From Alphaproteobacteria bacterium (GTDB lineage: Bacteria; Pseudomonadota; Alphaproteobacteria; Caedimonadales; UBA9215): DNA of 42,481 nucleotides. A model generated the notes under the pieces. It did no database searches, had not been told where the DNA came from, and saw only the letters and a list, made by a program, of their open reading frames with translations. This document shows positions 35,407 to 42,481 of this stretch, piece by piece (the stretch's first letter is position 1; every line of letters begins with the position of its first letter). The position numbers and the translations under genes were made by a program. The DNA is taken from contig JAJRPZ010000068.1 of NCBI GenBank assembly GCA_024280495.1, forward strand, positions 1 to 42,481, read 5' to 3'.

Positions 35407-36150
35407 TTATGGGGTGGTCCGTTCATGGTCTATCAACCATTGTTTGCGAACGATACCGCCGCCATATCCGCCCAAGTCACCGTTGCTATTAATGATTCGA
35501 TGGCACGGTATAATAATTGCGAGTTGGTTGGCCCCGTTAGCATTGGCAACGGCTCTGAAGGCTTTATCATTGCCCGTTATTTTGGCTTGCTCTAAGTAAC
35601 TTTTCGTTTGGCCATAAGGAATTTGAATAAGCGCTTTCCAGGCTTTTTTTTGAAATTCACTCCCCAGTAAATGTAAAGGCGTTTTAAATTGTTTTAAGTT
35701 ACCAGAAAAATAAAGCTCTAATTCCTTTTCAATCATAGATATTGGGACTGTTGCACCAGGGATGATTGCTGCCCCTTTTCTTTCTCTTAGTTTCTCGATC
35801 TCTTTTTCTAGACCTCTTCTGTCGGTAAATTCTAAAAGGTAAAGACCTACATCATCGGCAATGGCAATCATTGGACCAAGTTTGGTGTCAATCCAAGAAG
35901 CCTTTAATATCAATAGAGACTTGTTAGATCTCGATGGTGGCATTCCCATAATTTTTGAAAATGCATCTCTGAATCCACTACCTGATTCATAACCAGCATT
36001 CAGTTGAGATTCAATTATAGTTGTACCTTTTCTTATTTGTTTAAATGCAATTCCCATTCTTCGGGCTCTGGCATAGGCAACAAATGTCCCTCCAAAAGCT
36101 GCATTTTTATCTAGCAAAGCTTTATAATATATTTCAACATGATCCGACAT
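35407..36150 (-). CDS. Ada-like methylated-DNA-protein-cysteine methyltransferase with a partial AraC-type HTH and no zinc-Cys methylphosphotriester domain
   Basis: C-terminal active site LAIIIPCHRIINSNGDLGGYGGG (PCHR). Middle NAGYESGSGFRDAFSKIMGMPPS is AraC HTH-like. 247 aa, against 354 aa for E. coli Ada. Confidence 0.8.
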   Translation of the reverse strand: MSDHVEIYYKALLDKNAAFGGTFVAYARARRMGIAFKQIRKGTTIIESQLNAGYESGSGFRDAFSKIMGMPPSRSNKSLLILKASWIDTKLGPMIAIADDVGLYLLEFTDRRGLEKEIEKLRERKGAAIIPGATVPISMIEKELELYFSGNLKQFKTPLHLLGSEFQKKAWKALIQIPYGQTKSYLEQAKITGNDKAFRAVANANGANQLAIIIPCHRIINSNGDLGGYGGGIVRKQWLIDHERTTP

Positions 36151-36271
36151 AGAGCGTTAAATTCCTTGGATATTGTTAATTACTATAGATACATATAGTC
36201 ATTTTTTATTAGGCTGCCGCCGAAAAATGAACTTTGATTTTCTAGTTGTTCGCCCTACAGAATTCCAAAAA

Positions 36272-36303
36272 TAAAAAAAAAGACCTGAGTTTTCTCCCAA
36301 GCC
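36272..36303 (-). terminator. candidate rho-independent terminator after rpsA
   Basis: Minus-strand RNA GGCUUGGG-AGAAAA-CUCAGGUC (8 bp, three G-U pairs) followed by a U run (plus-strand A run at 36272-36281). Confidence 0.5.
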
Positions 36304-36332
36304 TTTTATTCTTCATGAAAAAATAAAGTTGA

Positions 36333-38069
36333 TTATGCTTTATCAGTTTCTTCTGCGGTCGTTTTCTTCGGCGCATCTTCAGTCACATCTTTAGCTTTGC
36401 TTAATGCAGCCCCTAATATATCTCCGAGACTTGCACCGCTATCAGCAGAGCCGTAGTTTGCCATAGCTTCTTTTTCTTCAGCCATTTCACGGGCCTTAAT
36501 AGATAGTGTCAAACCACGTGTTTTCTTGTCGATGTTTGCAACACGTGCATCGATTTTCTCACCAATGGCAAAACGATCGGGACGTTGTTCTGAACGATCA
36601 CGAGCCAGGTCAGCCTTACGAATAAAGCCAGCCGCTTCGCCAATCATGACTTCGAGGCCATTATCGGTGATCTTAGAAATCTCACAAGTTACAATATCAC
36701 CTCGTTTGATACCACCAATAGCTTTGGCGAATGGATCAGAGGTTAATTGCTTTACACCCAATGAAATACGTTCTTTTTCAGCATCAATTTCAAGAATTTT
36801 AACTTTGATAGAATCACCAGTTTTGTAATCTTTGATGGCTTCATCCGCACTTTTTTCCCAAGACAAGTCTGACATATGAACCATACCGTCCAAATCATCA
36901 GTCACGGAAACAAACAAACCAAATTCAGTTATATTACGAATTGTACCATCAATTTCTGAACCAGCAGAAAGATCGTCCATGATTCTAGACCAAGGATTAT
37001 CAGATGTTTGTTTGAGACCCAAAGCAATACGACGTTTAGATTCATCAATTTCAAGAATAACTGCTTCAACTGCTTGTTGTGCCGTTAGGATCTTACCTGG
37101 GTGAATATTTTTCTTGGTCCAGCTCATTTCTGAAACATGGATCAAGCCTTCAACACCTGGCTCAACTTCAACAAACGCACCATAATCAGTAATGTTCGTA
37201 ACCTTACCGTTAACTTTATCTCCAACGGAAAGCTTGGCAATGGCCGTATTCCAAGGATCATTTTCAAGTTGCTTCATACCAAGGCTGATACGACCTGTAT
37301 CGCGGTTATAACGAATAATTTGAACGTTAATTGTTTGACCAATCTGGATTAGTTCACTTGGGTGACCCAAACGACTCCAGGACATGTCAGTAATGTGTAA
37401 GAGACCATCAACACCACCAAGATCAACGAATGCACCGTAATCTGTGATATTTTTAACGATACCTTCCATTTGAACGCCTTCGGCAACCTTAGCCAAAACT
37501 TCATCACGCATACCAGCGCGGGATTCTTCAAGAATGGCACGACGGGAAACAACGATGTTGCCACGGGCACGGTCCATTTTAAGAATAATAAAAGGTTGTT
37601 CAATGTTCATCAAAGGAGCAACGTCCTTGATAGGACGGACGTCAAGTTGGCTACCTGGCAAGAATGCAACGGCCCCCTTAAGGTCAACGGTGAAACCACC
37701 CTTAACACGACCAAAGATAGTACCTGGAACTTGAACACCTTCTTTGGAGAGTCTTTCAAGCTCGATCCAAGCAGCTTCACGGCGAGCTTTCTCATGGGAA
37801 AGACCGATCATGCCGTCTTTATCTTCCATGCGTTCGATGTAAACATCGATTTCGTCGAATTTTTTAACCTCAGGTGCATCTTTACCGTGCATCAATTCTT
37901 TTAAAGGAACGCGGCCTTCAGATTTCAAGCCAACATCAATAATAGCACTATCGCCACTGATGTTCACTACCACACCCTTTACAACGGTACCAACAAGGTC
38001 CATTGAGGCAAGGGGAGTTTCGTTTAATAAAGCTTCAAAGCTTTCCATATTCATTGAGTCAGTCGTCAT
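36333..38069 (-). CDS. rpsA: 30S ribosomal protein S1 (six S1 domains)
   Basis: 578 aa. Repeated S1 motifs (G.V..I...GAFVDLGG.DGLLH.S..SW). cmk-rpsA adjacency. Confidence 0.97.
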   Translation of the reverse strand: MTTDSMNMESFEALLNETPLASMDLVGTVVKGVVVNISGDSAIIDVGLKSEGRVPLKELMHGKDAPEVKKFDEIDVYIERMEDKDGMIGLSHEKARREAAWIELERLSKEGVQVPGTIFGRVKGGFTVDLKGAVAFLPGSQLDVRPIKDVAPLMNIEQPFIILKMDRARGNIVVSRRAILEESRAGMRDEVLAKVAEGVQMEGIVKNITDYGAFVDLGGVDGLLHITDMSWSRLGHPSELIQIGQTINVQIIRYNRDTGRISLGMKQLENDPWNTAIAKLSVGDKVNGKVTNITDYGAFVEVEPGVEGLIHVSEMSWTKKNIHPGKILTAQQAVEAVILEIDESKRRIALGLKQTSDNPWSRIMDDLSAGSEIDGTIRNITEFGLFVSVTDDLDGMVHMSDLSWEKSADEAIKDYKTGDSIKVKILEIDAEKERISLGVKQLTSDPFAKAIGGIKRGDIVTCEISKITDNGLEVMIGEAAGFIRKADLARDRSEQRPDRFAIGEKIDARVANIDKKTRGLTLSIKAREMAEEKEAMANYGSADSGASLGDILGAALSKAKDVTEDAPKKTTAEETDKA

Positions 38070-38172
38070 AATATTAATCCTTTAGGCAATTAAAAAGAAT
38101 CTTTGTCTTTTGAAATTACCGATAAAATACTCCAACAAAATCTGTTTTTCCCGACAATAATTCCCGTGGAAA

Positions 38173-38832
38173 CTACTGGCGACAGATTTTTGTAAGAGCT
38201 GCATCAATTTTGTTGGAAACAAAATCAATAACGTCTGCAATAGCCATAATGGACGTATCAATTATGATAGCATCATCCGCAGCCTTTAAGGGGGCTTGCT
38301 CACGAATGCTGTCACGGTTATCACGCTCAATCATGGCCTGCAAAACATCTTTGAATATAACGGGAACGCCAAGGGTTTGCAACTCTTTAAAACGCCTTTT
38401 TGCACGCACGTCTAGGGTGGCCGTCATATAAATTTTAAGGGTGGCATTAGGACAAACAACGGATCCAATATCACGCCCATCTAAAATCGCACCTTTTCCT
38501 TGTTTTGATTCACGTTTTGCAAAGGAACGCATGGATTCATTTAACGCTTCGCGAACTAAAGGGAGCACAGCAATTTCAGAGGCACGCTGCCCATTTTCTT
38601 CGGATCGAAGAGCCTCAACATTTCCCATATCCATCACATCAAGTGTTTGAATAAGAGAAACAAGAACAGACTCATTGCATAGATCTATTTGGTGTAAATG
38701 TGCTTTTAAAGCAGCTGCTCGAAACATAAGGCCCGTATCAAGATATGCAAAACCATATTTTTCCAATAATGCTTTTGATAGCGTACCTTTACCAGCCCCT
38801 GAAGGCCCATCGATTGCAATAATGAGTGACAT
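38173..38832 (-). CDS. cmk: (d)CMP kinase
   Basis: IIAIDGPSGAGKGTLSKAL P-loop, LDTGLMFRA, and ILDGRDIGSVV motifs. Confidence 0.95.
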   Translation of the reverse strand: MSLIIAIDGPSGAGKGTLSKALLEKYGFAYLDTGLMFRAAALKAHLHQIDLCNESVLVSLIQTLDVMDMGNVEALRSEENGQRASEIAVLPLVREALNESMRSFAKRESKQGKGAILDGRDIGSVVCPNATLKIYMTATLDVRAKRRFKELQTLGVPVIFKDVLQAMIERDNRDSIREQAPLKAADDAIIIDTSIMAIADVIDFVSNKIDAALTKICRQ

Positions 38833-38854
38833 TATTATCCTTTTTTTCTTGTCT

Positions 38855-38953
38855 CTATAGTCGTTTCAAAAACTTTCTAAATCTCGTTAATCATTCCGGT
38901 CCCTATAATTATAAGCGTGGCGCCTCGATTATAGACAGGGGTCTTTTTGAAAT
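38855..38953 (+). repeat. diverged full-length copy C of the dispersed palindromic element, between tadA and cmk
   Basis: Starts CTATAGTCGTTTCAAAAACTTTC (copy B: CTATAGTCATTCCCAAAACATTCC). The core CCTATAATTATAAGCGTGGCGCCTCGATT matches CCTATAACTTATAGGCGCGGGAGTGATT. Confidence 0.55.
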
Positions 38954-38957
38954 ATTT

Positions 38958-39416
38958 TTATTTGGGCGCGTTAAGCGTGCGTTTATTTTTAAAAAAATTA
39001 ATCAGTATAGAAGAACACTTTGACTCTAAAATACCTCCATAAACCTCAGGAATGTGATGACAGGTTTTCTGGGAAAAAATTCTAGCCCCATGATCAATTC
39101 CCCCACCCTTTGGATCATATGCTCCAAAATAAAGACGTCTCACCCTTGCAAAAGCAATGGCCTGCGCACACATGGCACAGGGTTCAAGGGTCACATAAAG
39201 ATCACAATTGCTAAGGAAAATAGTATCAAGGGCCAATGCACCTTCTTGTATAACAAGGATTTCTGCATGGGCCGTCGGATCTTTTCGCATCATTACAAGA
39301 TTATGAGCTCGTGCAATAATGTCACCATCACACACAAGGACAGCTCCTACGGGCACCTCATCTAAAGCTTTTGCTTTTTCTGCCTGCCTAAAGGCCGCAT
39401 GCATGGAAGTAGACAT
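38958..39416 (-). CDS. tadA: tRNA-specific adenosine deaminase
   Basis: HAEILVI (H-A-E) and LEPCAMCAQAI (PCxxC) zinc-binding motifs. 152 aa. Confidence 0.92.
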   Translation of the reverse strand: MSTSMHAAFRQAEKAKALDEVPVGAVLVCDGDIIARAHNLVMMRKDPTAHAEILVIQEGALALDTIFLSNCDLYVTLEPCAMCAQAIAFARVRRLYFGAYDPKGGGIDHGARIFSQKTCHHIPEVYGGILESKCSSILINFFKNKRTLNAPK

Positions 39417-39483
39417 TATATAAAATTAGCCCTTAAAAATGATAAAGAAGAAGCTTTTTATGAATCTAATTAAACCAGATTAA

Positions 39484-39726
39484 CTAAGCCGCCGTCTTTA
39501 ACATAGAGAAAAGTTCATCTTTATGGCTTAGGCGCTTTTTCTTCAATATTTCAAAATGCTCATCGGTTACAGGAACTTTATCTGCTTCTAATTGATGAAT
39601 TTCTTTTGTTAAAACGTGATACTCATCAAAAAGTTTTTTAAAATGCCTGTCAGACGTTTTCATTTCATGCATTTTATCTTTGTATTCGGGAAGCTCATGG
39701 GCCAGATCATGTTTTTCTTCATGCAT
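39484..39726 (-). CDS. DUF465 (YdcH-like) family protein
   Basis: 80 aa. HELPEYKDKMHEMKTSDRHFKKLFDEYHVLTKEIHQLE matches the DUF465 pattern. Confidence 0.75.
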   Translation of the reverse strand: MHEEKHDLAHELPEYKDKMHEMKTSDRHFKKLFDEYHVLTKEIHQLEADKVPVTDEHFEILKKKRLSHKDELFSMLKTAA

Positions 39727-39874
39727 AATGTATTCCTTTTCTTTTTATTACTCACTATTAAATTAGCATTTTTCATCACCGAGTCAAAGTGATATATAAA
39801 AGGATTTCCTTACATAATGACTCTACAAATATCTCAGAGGTCGTTCTTTATGCCTCGTGTAAACAAAAAAATAA

Positions 39875-40906
39875 TCAACCACAATTATTAGGAACTGTTT
39901 TTTTCTGAAGGAAAAAAGAGGCAATCATAACCCCCCCCATACCTACCAAGATAATTGGCCAAGTCAAGTTACCAACAAAATATTCTATGGTTAGATAGGT
40001 TATGTATCCAAAAGAAGCAAGGATAGTCACTAACAAAATCATCTTATTTTTTAGAATATAGAAATTTCCAAAACCTATTAGTATAAATAGAGCAAAAAAG
40101 ATTTTCAAATCAACTATGGACAAAAGAATTGCGCCCGTAATGAAAAAAACTAACATATTAATAAAAAAACCGAAGCCACTGATGGATTTATAGGGACTTT
40201 TTTGTACGCACCATAAAATCACATTCATAGCAAAAGTACATAAAAGGATATATAGAAAGACAATTTCCACCCCAACGATTTTTCCAATATCATTTTTTAA
40301 ATAATGGAAAATCATAATTGCCATAGAGGAATCTCTCAAAATAAGAAAGTAAGATGAATACCAGACAACAGACATTAAGCACAACCCAAAGAATACCAAA
40401 ATTGTAGAAGGTGCCTTTCGTAAGGCAAGAGCGATCTGTAATAATAATATTATTGAGATGAAAAAACTTAATAAAAAAAGGTCATCTCCATTTGGATACA
40501 TTTCTTTTGCAAATACTGCAAATCCAATAATTTTTAAGGGAATAGAGAGTACCAAAAGAGGATTTATAAAATAAATAAATAAATCACCGTTGTTTTTCCT
40601 TCTTTCTTTTTGATACCATAACATGGACGCAACAAAGAAAAACTCCCCAATACCATATGTTAAAAAAACGCGAAAAACCGAGTTAAGACTTGACCAATAA
40701 TTTTGAATAAACATCCATACCCCAGAAAATAAAAGCGTACATGCAATATAAAGTGATATTATAGAAAAACCATATAACTGTTTTTTATTTTTCGAACCTT
40801 GTGACGCCGCTGCTTTTGAAACATCAGATACAGTAATATTTTTTTCTTTCATAAGGGCTAAAATATTTTTGATATTCTGGTTTTCGAGGTCAGTATTATT
40901 ATTCAT
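39875..40906 (-). CDS. polytopic inner-membrane protein of unknown function (about 9-10 TM) with a short soluble N-terminal segment
   Basis: The ORF is open to 41014, but ATG 40906 overlaps the upstream gene's TAA (ATGAATAA), suggesting coupling. Very hydrophobic. No motif recognised. Confidence 0.6.
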   Translation of the reverse strand: MNNNTDLENQNIKNILALMKEKNITVSDVSKAAASQGSKNKKQLYGFSIISLYIACTLLFSGVWMFIQNYWSSLNSVFRVFLTYGIGEFFFVASMLWYQKERRKNNGDLFIYFINPLLVLSIPLKIIGFAVFAKEMYPNGDDLFLLSFFISIILLLQIALALRKAPSTILVFFGLCLMSVVWYSSYFLILRDSSMAIMIFHYLKNDIGKIVGVEIVFLYILLCTFAMNVILWCVQKSPYKSISGFGFFINMLVFFITGAILLSIVDLKIFFALFILIGFGNFYILKNKMILLVTILASFGYITYLTIEYFVGNLTWPIILVGMGGVMIASFFLQKKTVPNNCG

Positions 40907-41501
40907 TCTTCTGTACCTCCTCACGTTTAATCCAACCGTGAACTTTATAGGAATATCTATCATCTCCAATAGTTGTTGGTAAATCGAAACGACGTCCGTC
41001 TTTTTGAATAACACGTAAATTTGGGAGGAAAGAAAAAGTCAATTCCTCATCATGAAGGTATACATAACCATCAGGTGCTTTATCAGGAAGAAAAATTTTA
41101 ATCCCTTCCAATTCAGGGGATTTAATGTGCCATTTCCATCCGTCAACAGTTTTTATTTTTTTTGTAAACAACGCAGTAAGACGTGTTAATTTTTTAGATT
41201 CTGGATTAAAACGATATAAAAGCAATTCAGTGTATTTTCCGCCTTTTTTATCAAAATAAAGAATGGCACTGGCAAACAATTTCCCTTTATCTATATCTAA
41301 TCTGTAATAAATATTGGTGGGAATTTTTTTTTCAGCAGCGTCTTTGCTGGAAATTTTACGTTTCCCACTAATTAAAACATCATATTGAGGAGGTGCAACA
41401 GTCTCTGGAACCATATAAGATGCTATTAAGAAGTATACGATAAATAGAAACGGGGCCAATATAGACCCCCAAATCAAAAAGTTTATCTTATTTTTTGACA
41501 T
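40899..41501 (-). CDS. hypothetical protein with a single N-terminal TM anchor
   Basis: 200 aa. N-terminal INFLIWGSILAPFLFIVYFLIASYMV followed by a soluble domain rich in predicted beta-strand. No motif recognised. Confidence 0.55.
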   Translation of the reverse strand: MSKNKINFLIWGSILAPFLFIVYFLIASYMVPETVAPPQYDVLISGKRKISSKDAAEKKIPTNIYYRLDIDKGKLFASAILYFDKKGGKYTELLLYRFNPESKKLTRLTALFTKKIKTVDGWKWHIKSPELEGIKIFLPDKAPDGYVYLHDEELTFSFLPNLRVIQKDGRRFDLPTTIGDDRYSYKVHGWIKREEVQKNE

Positions 41502-41581
41502 ATAAAAACTCGAATTTTTAGAAATATAATCTAATATAACACAGTTTTAATATGTTAAAATGGTTTAAATTGAATAAAAAA

Positions 41582-42003
41582 GCGTGCAAGGGACCTATAA
41601 GCCGGGTTTTGTCTTTTATACATAGATTACTCTGTAATAAAAAGGACGACCATTTATCTAGGCCCACCGTTACCGATGGGCTCAAGCGATCTACCCGGAC
41701 GACGATGCAGAAACACACCCTAATATCATCCCTATTTGATCTTGCTCCAGGTGGGGTTTACCCTGCCAATTCTGTCACCAGAACCGCGGTGCGCTTTTAC
41801 CGCACCTTTTCACCCTTACCTTCGCTCAACGGCTCTAAAACTTAGAGTACCCGATAAAAGGCGGTATATTTTCTGTGGCACTTTCCCTAGGATTTCTCCC
41901 GCTGGACGTTATCCAGCACCTTGTTTCTGGAGAGCCCGGACTTTCCTCACCCCTATCCAAAAATATTCGAGATAGAGCCGCGGTCGTCCAGTCCCTTGCA
42001 CTT
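41582..42003 (-). ncRNA. rnpB: RNase P RNA, bacterial type A
   Basis: The minus strand contains GAGGAAAGUCCGGGCUC (plus-strand GAGCCCGGACTTTCCTC, about 41932-41948), GGGUGAAAAGGUGCGGUAAAAGCGCACCGCGG and ACAAAACCCGGCUUAUAGG. P1 forms from GUGCAAGGGAC (5' end) and GUCCCUUGCAC (3' end), followed by a U run. Confidence 0.93.
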
Positions 42004-42162
42004 ATATAGTCTATACAGAAAAACAAGGCAAAAGGTCAATTGTTCTTTTATTATTTTTCACCCTGAAAGGCATGGTATTTAATATTTTCTTAAAGCGAAC
42101 TTATCCTTTTTGGCATGCTTTATGCATAAGACAAATAAAACAACTCATGTATAAAGAAAAAT

Positions 42163-42481
42163 ATGTCCCTTCCTATTTCTACTCTCCCACCTCAAGTCAA
42201 CACCTCAATTGACTTAATTGCACTTAAAAAAACTCAAAAAGAAAACCCTCAAGAATCTTCACCTTTGAATGAGGTGATTTCTGAAAAAAAAATCAGTAAG
42301 TCATTAAATTCTGACTTTGCAAAAAGAACTAGGGAAAATCAAAATAAAGACACACCTCAATCAAAAAATACCTCCGCCACTTTAACTCCTTCAATAAAAT
42401 CATCGAAAAAACCTAAAGAAGAAAATTATCCTCAAGAATCACCACTTGAAAATGCCCTTGAAACGGAAAGTCAAATAGAAG
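42163..42481 (+). CDS. hypothetical protein, N-terminal part (runs off the right window edge); hydrophilic with an internal PQES-PL-E repeat
   Basis: ATG 42163, then 106 codons with no stop to the window end (not in the ORF track because it has no stop). KENPQESSPLNE and EENYPQESPLEN repeat about 190 nt apart. Confidence 0.45.
   Translation, partial: MSLPISTLPPQVNTSIDLIALKKTQKENPQESSPLNEVISEKKISKSLNSDFAKRTRENQNKDTPQSKNTSATLTPSIKSSKKPKEENYPQESPLENALETESQIE

Noticed and set aside
36526-37904. Several ORFs (61-144 aa) within rpsA, some antisense and some in alternative frames of the coding strand
   Set aside because: They are shadow ORFs of a highly conserved six-domain S1 gene, with no independent signals.
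41518-42026. Four ORFs of 63-97 aa on both strands (41518-41718, 41552-41845, 41736-41975, 41835-42026)
   Set aside because: All lie inside the RNase P RNA gene, which has strong conserved rnpB motifs on the minus strand. They are GC-richer structured RNA, not coding sequence.

Overview
AT-rich chromosomal segment that reads as alphaproteobacterial. It has lpxI, the pyrH-frr, lpxI-lpxB-ruvX, fabD-fabG and cmk-rpsA blocks, and a tRNA-His with encoded G-1:C73. It is plausibly from an intracellular Holosporales/Rickettsiales-like symbiont, but that is inference only. I call about 42 CDS, three tRNAs (His-GUG, Ser-UGA, Val-GAC) and the RNase P RNA (rnpB, minus strand, about 41.58-42.0 kb). I also call a degraded IS3-family orfA remnant at a synteny break, a textbook sigma-54 promoter in front of an orphan fliD-fliS pair, and a dispersed ~105-bp palindromic MITE/RPE-like repeat family with at least 4-5 copies, mostly just downstream of genes. 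The most interesting locus is 9.2-14.7 kb. It holds four consecutive genes, each with its own Sec signal peptide (unknown, class-3 lipase, patatin-like phospholipase, unknown), sitting between frr/SCO1 and fabI/uppS. Three of the four end in a shared aromatic/glycine C-terminal tail that I cannot assign to a known sorting signal. I saw no rRNA, no CRISPR array and no recognisable defence or toxin-antitoxin module. All coordinates and motifs were read by eye from the sequence and ORF track. No database search was run.
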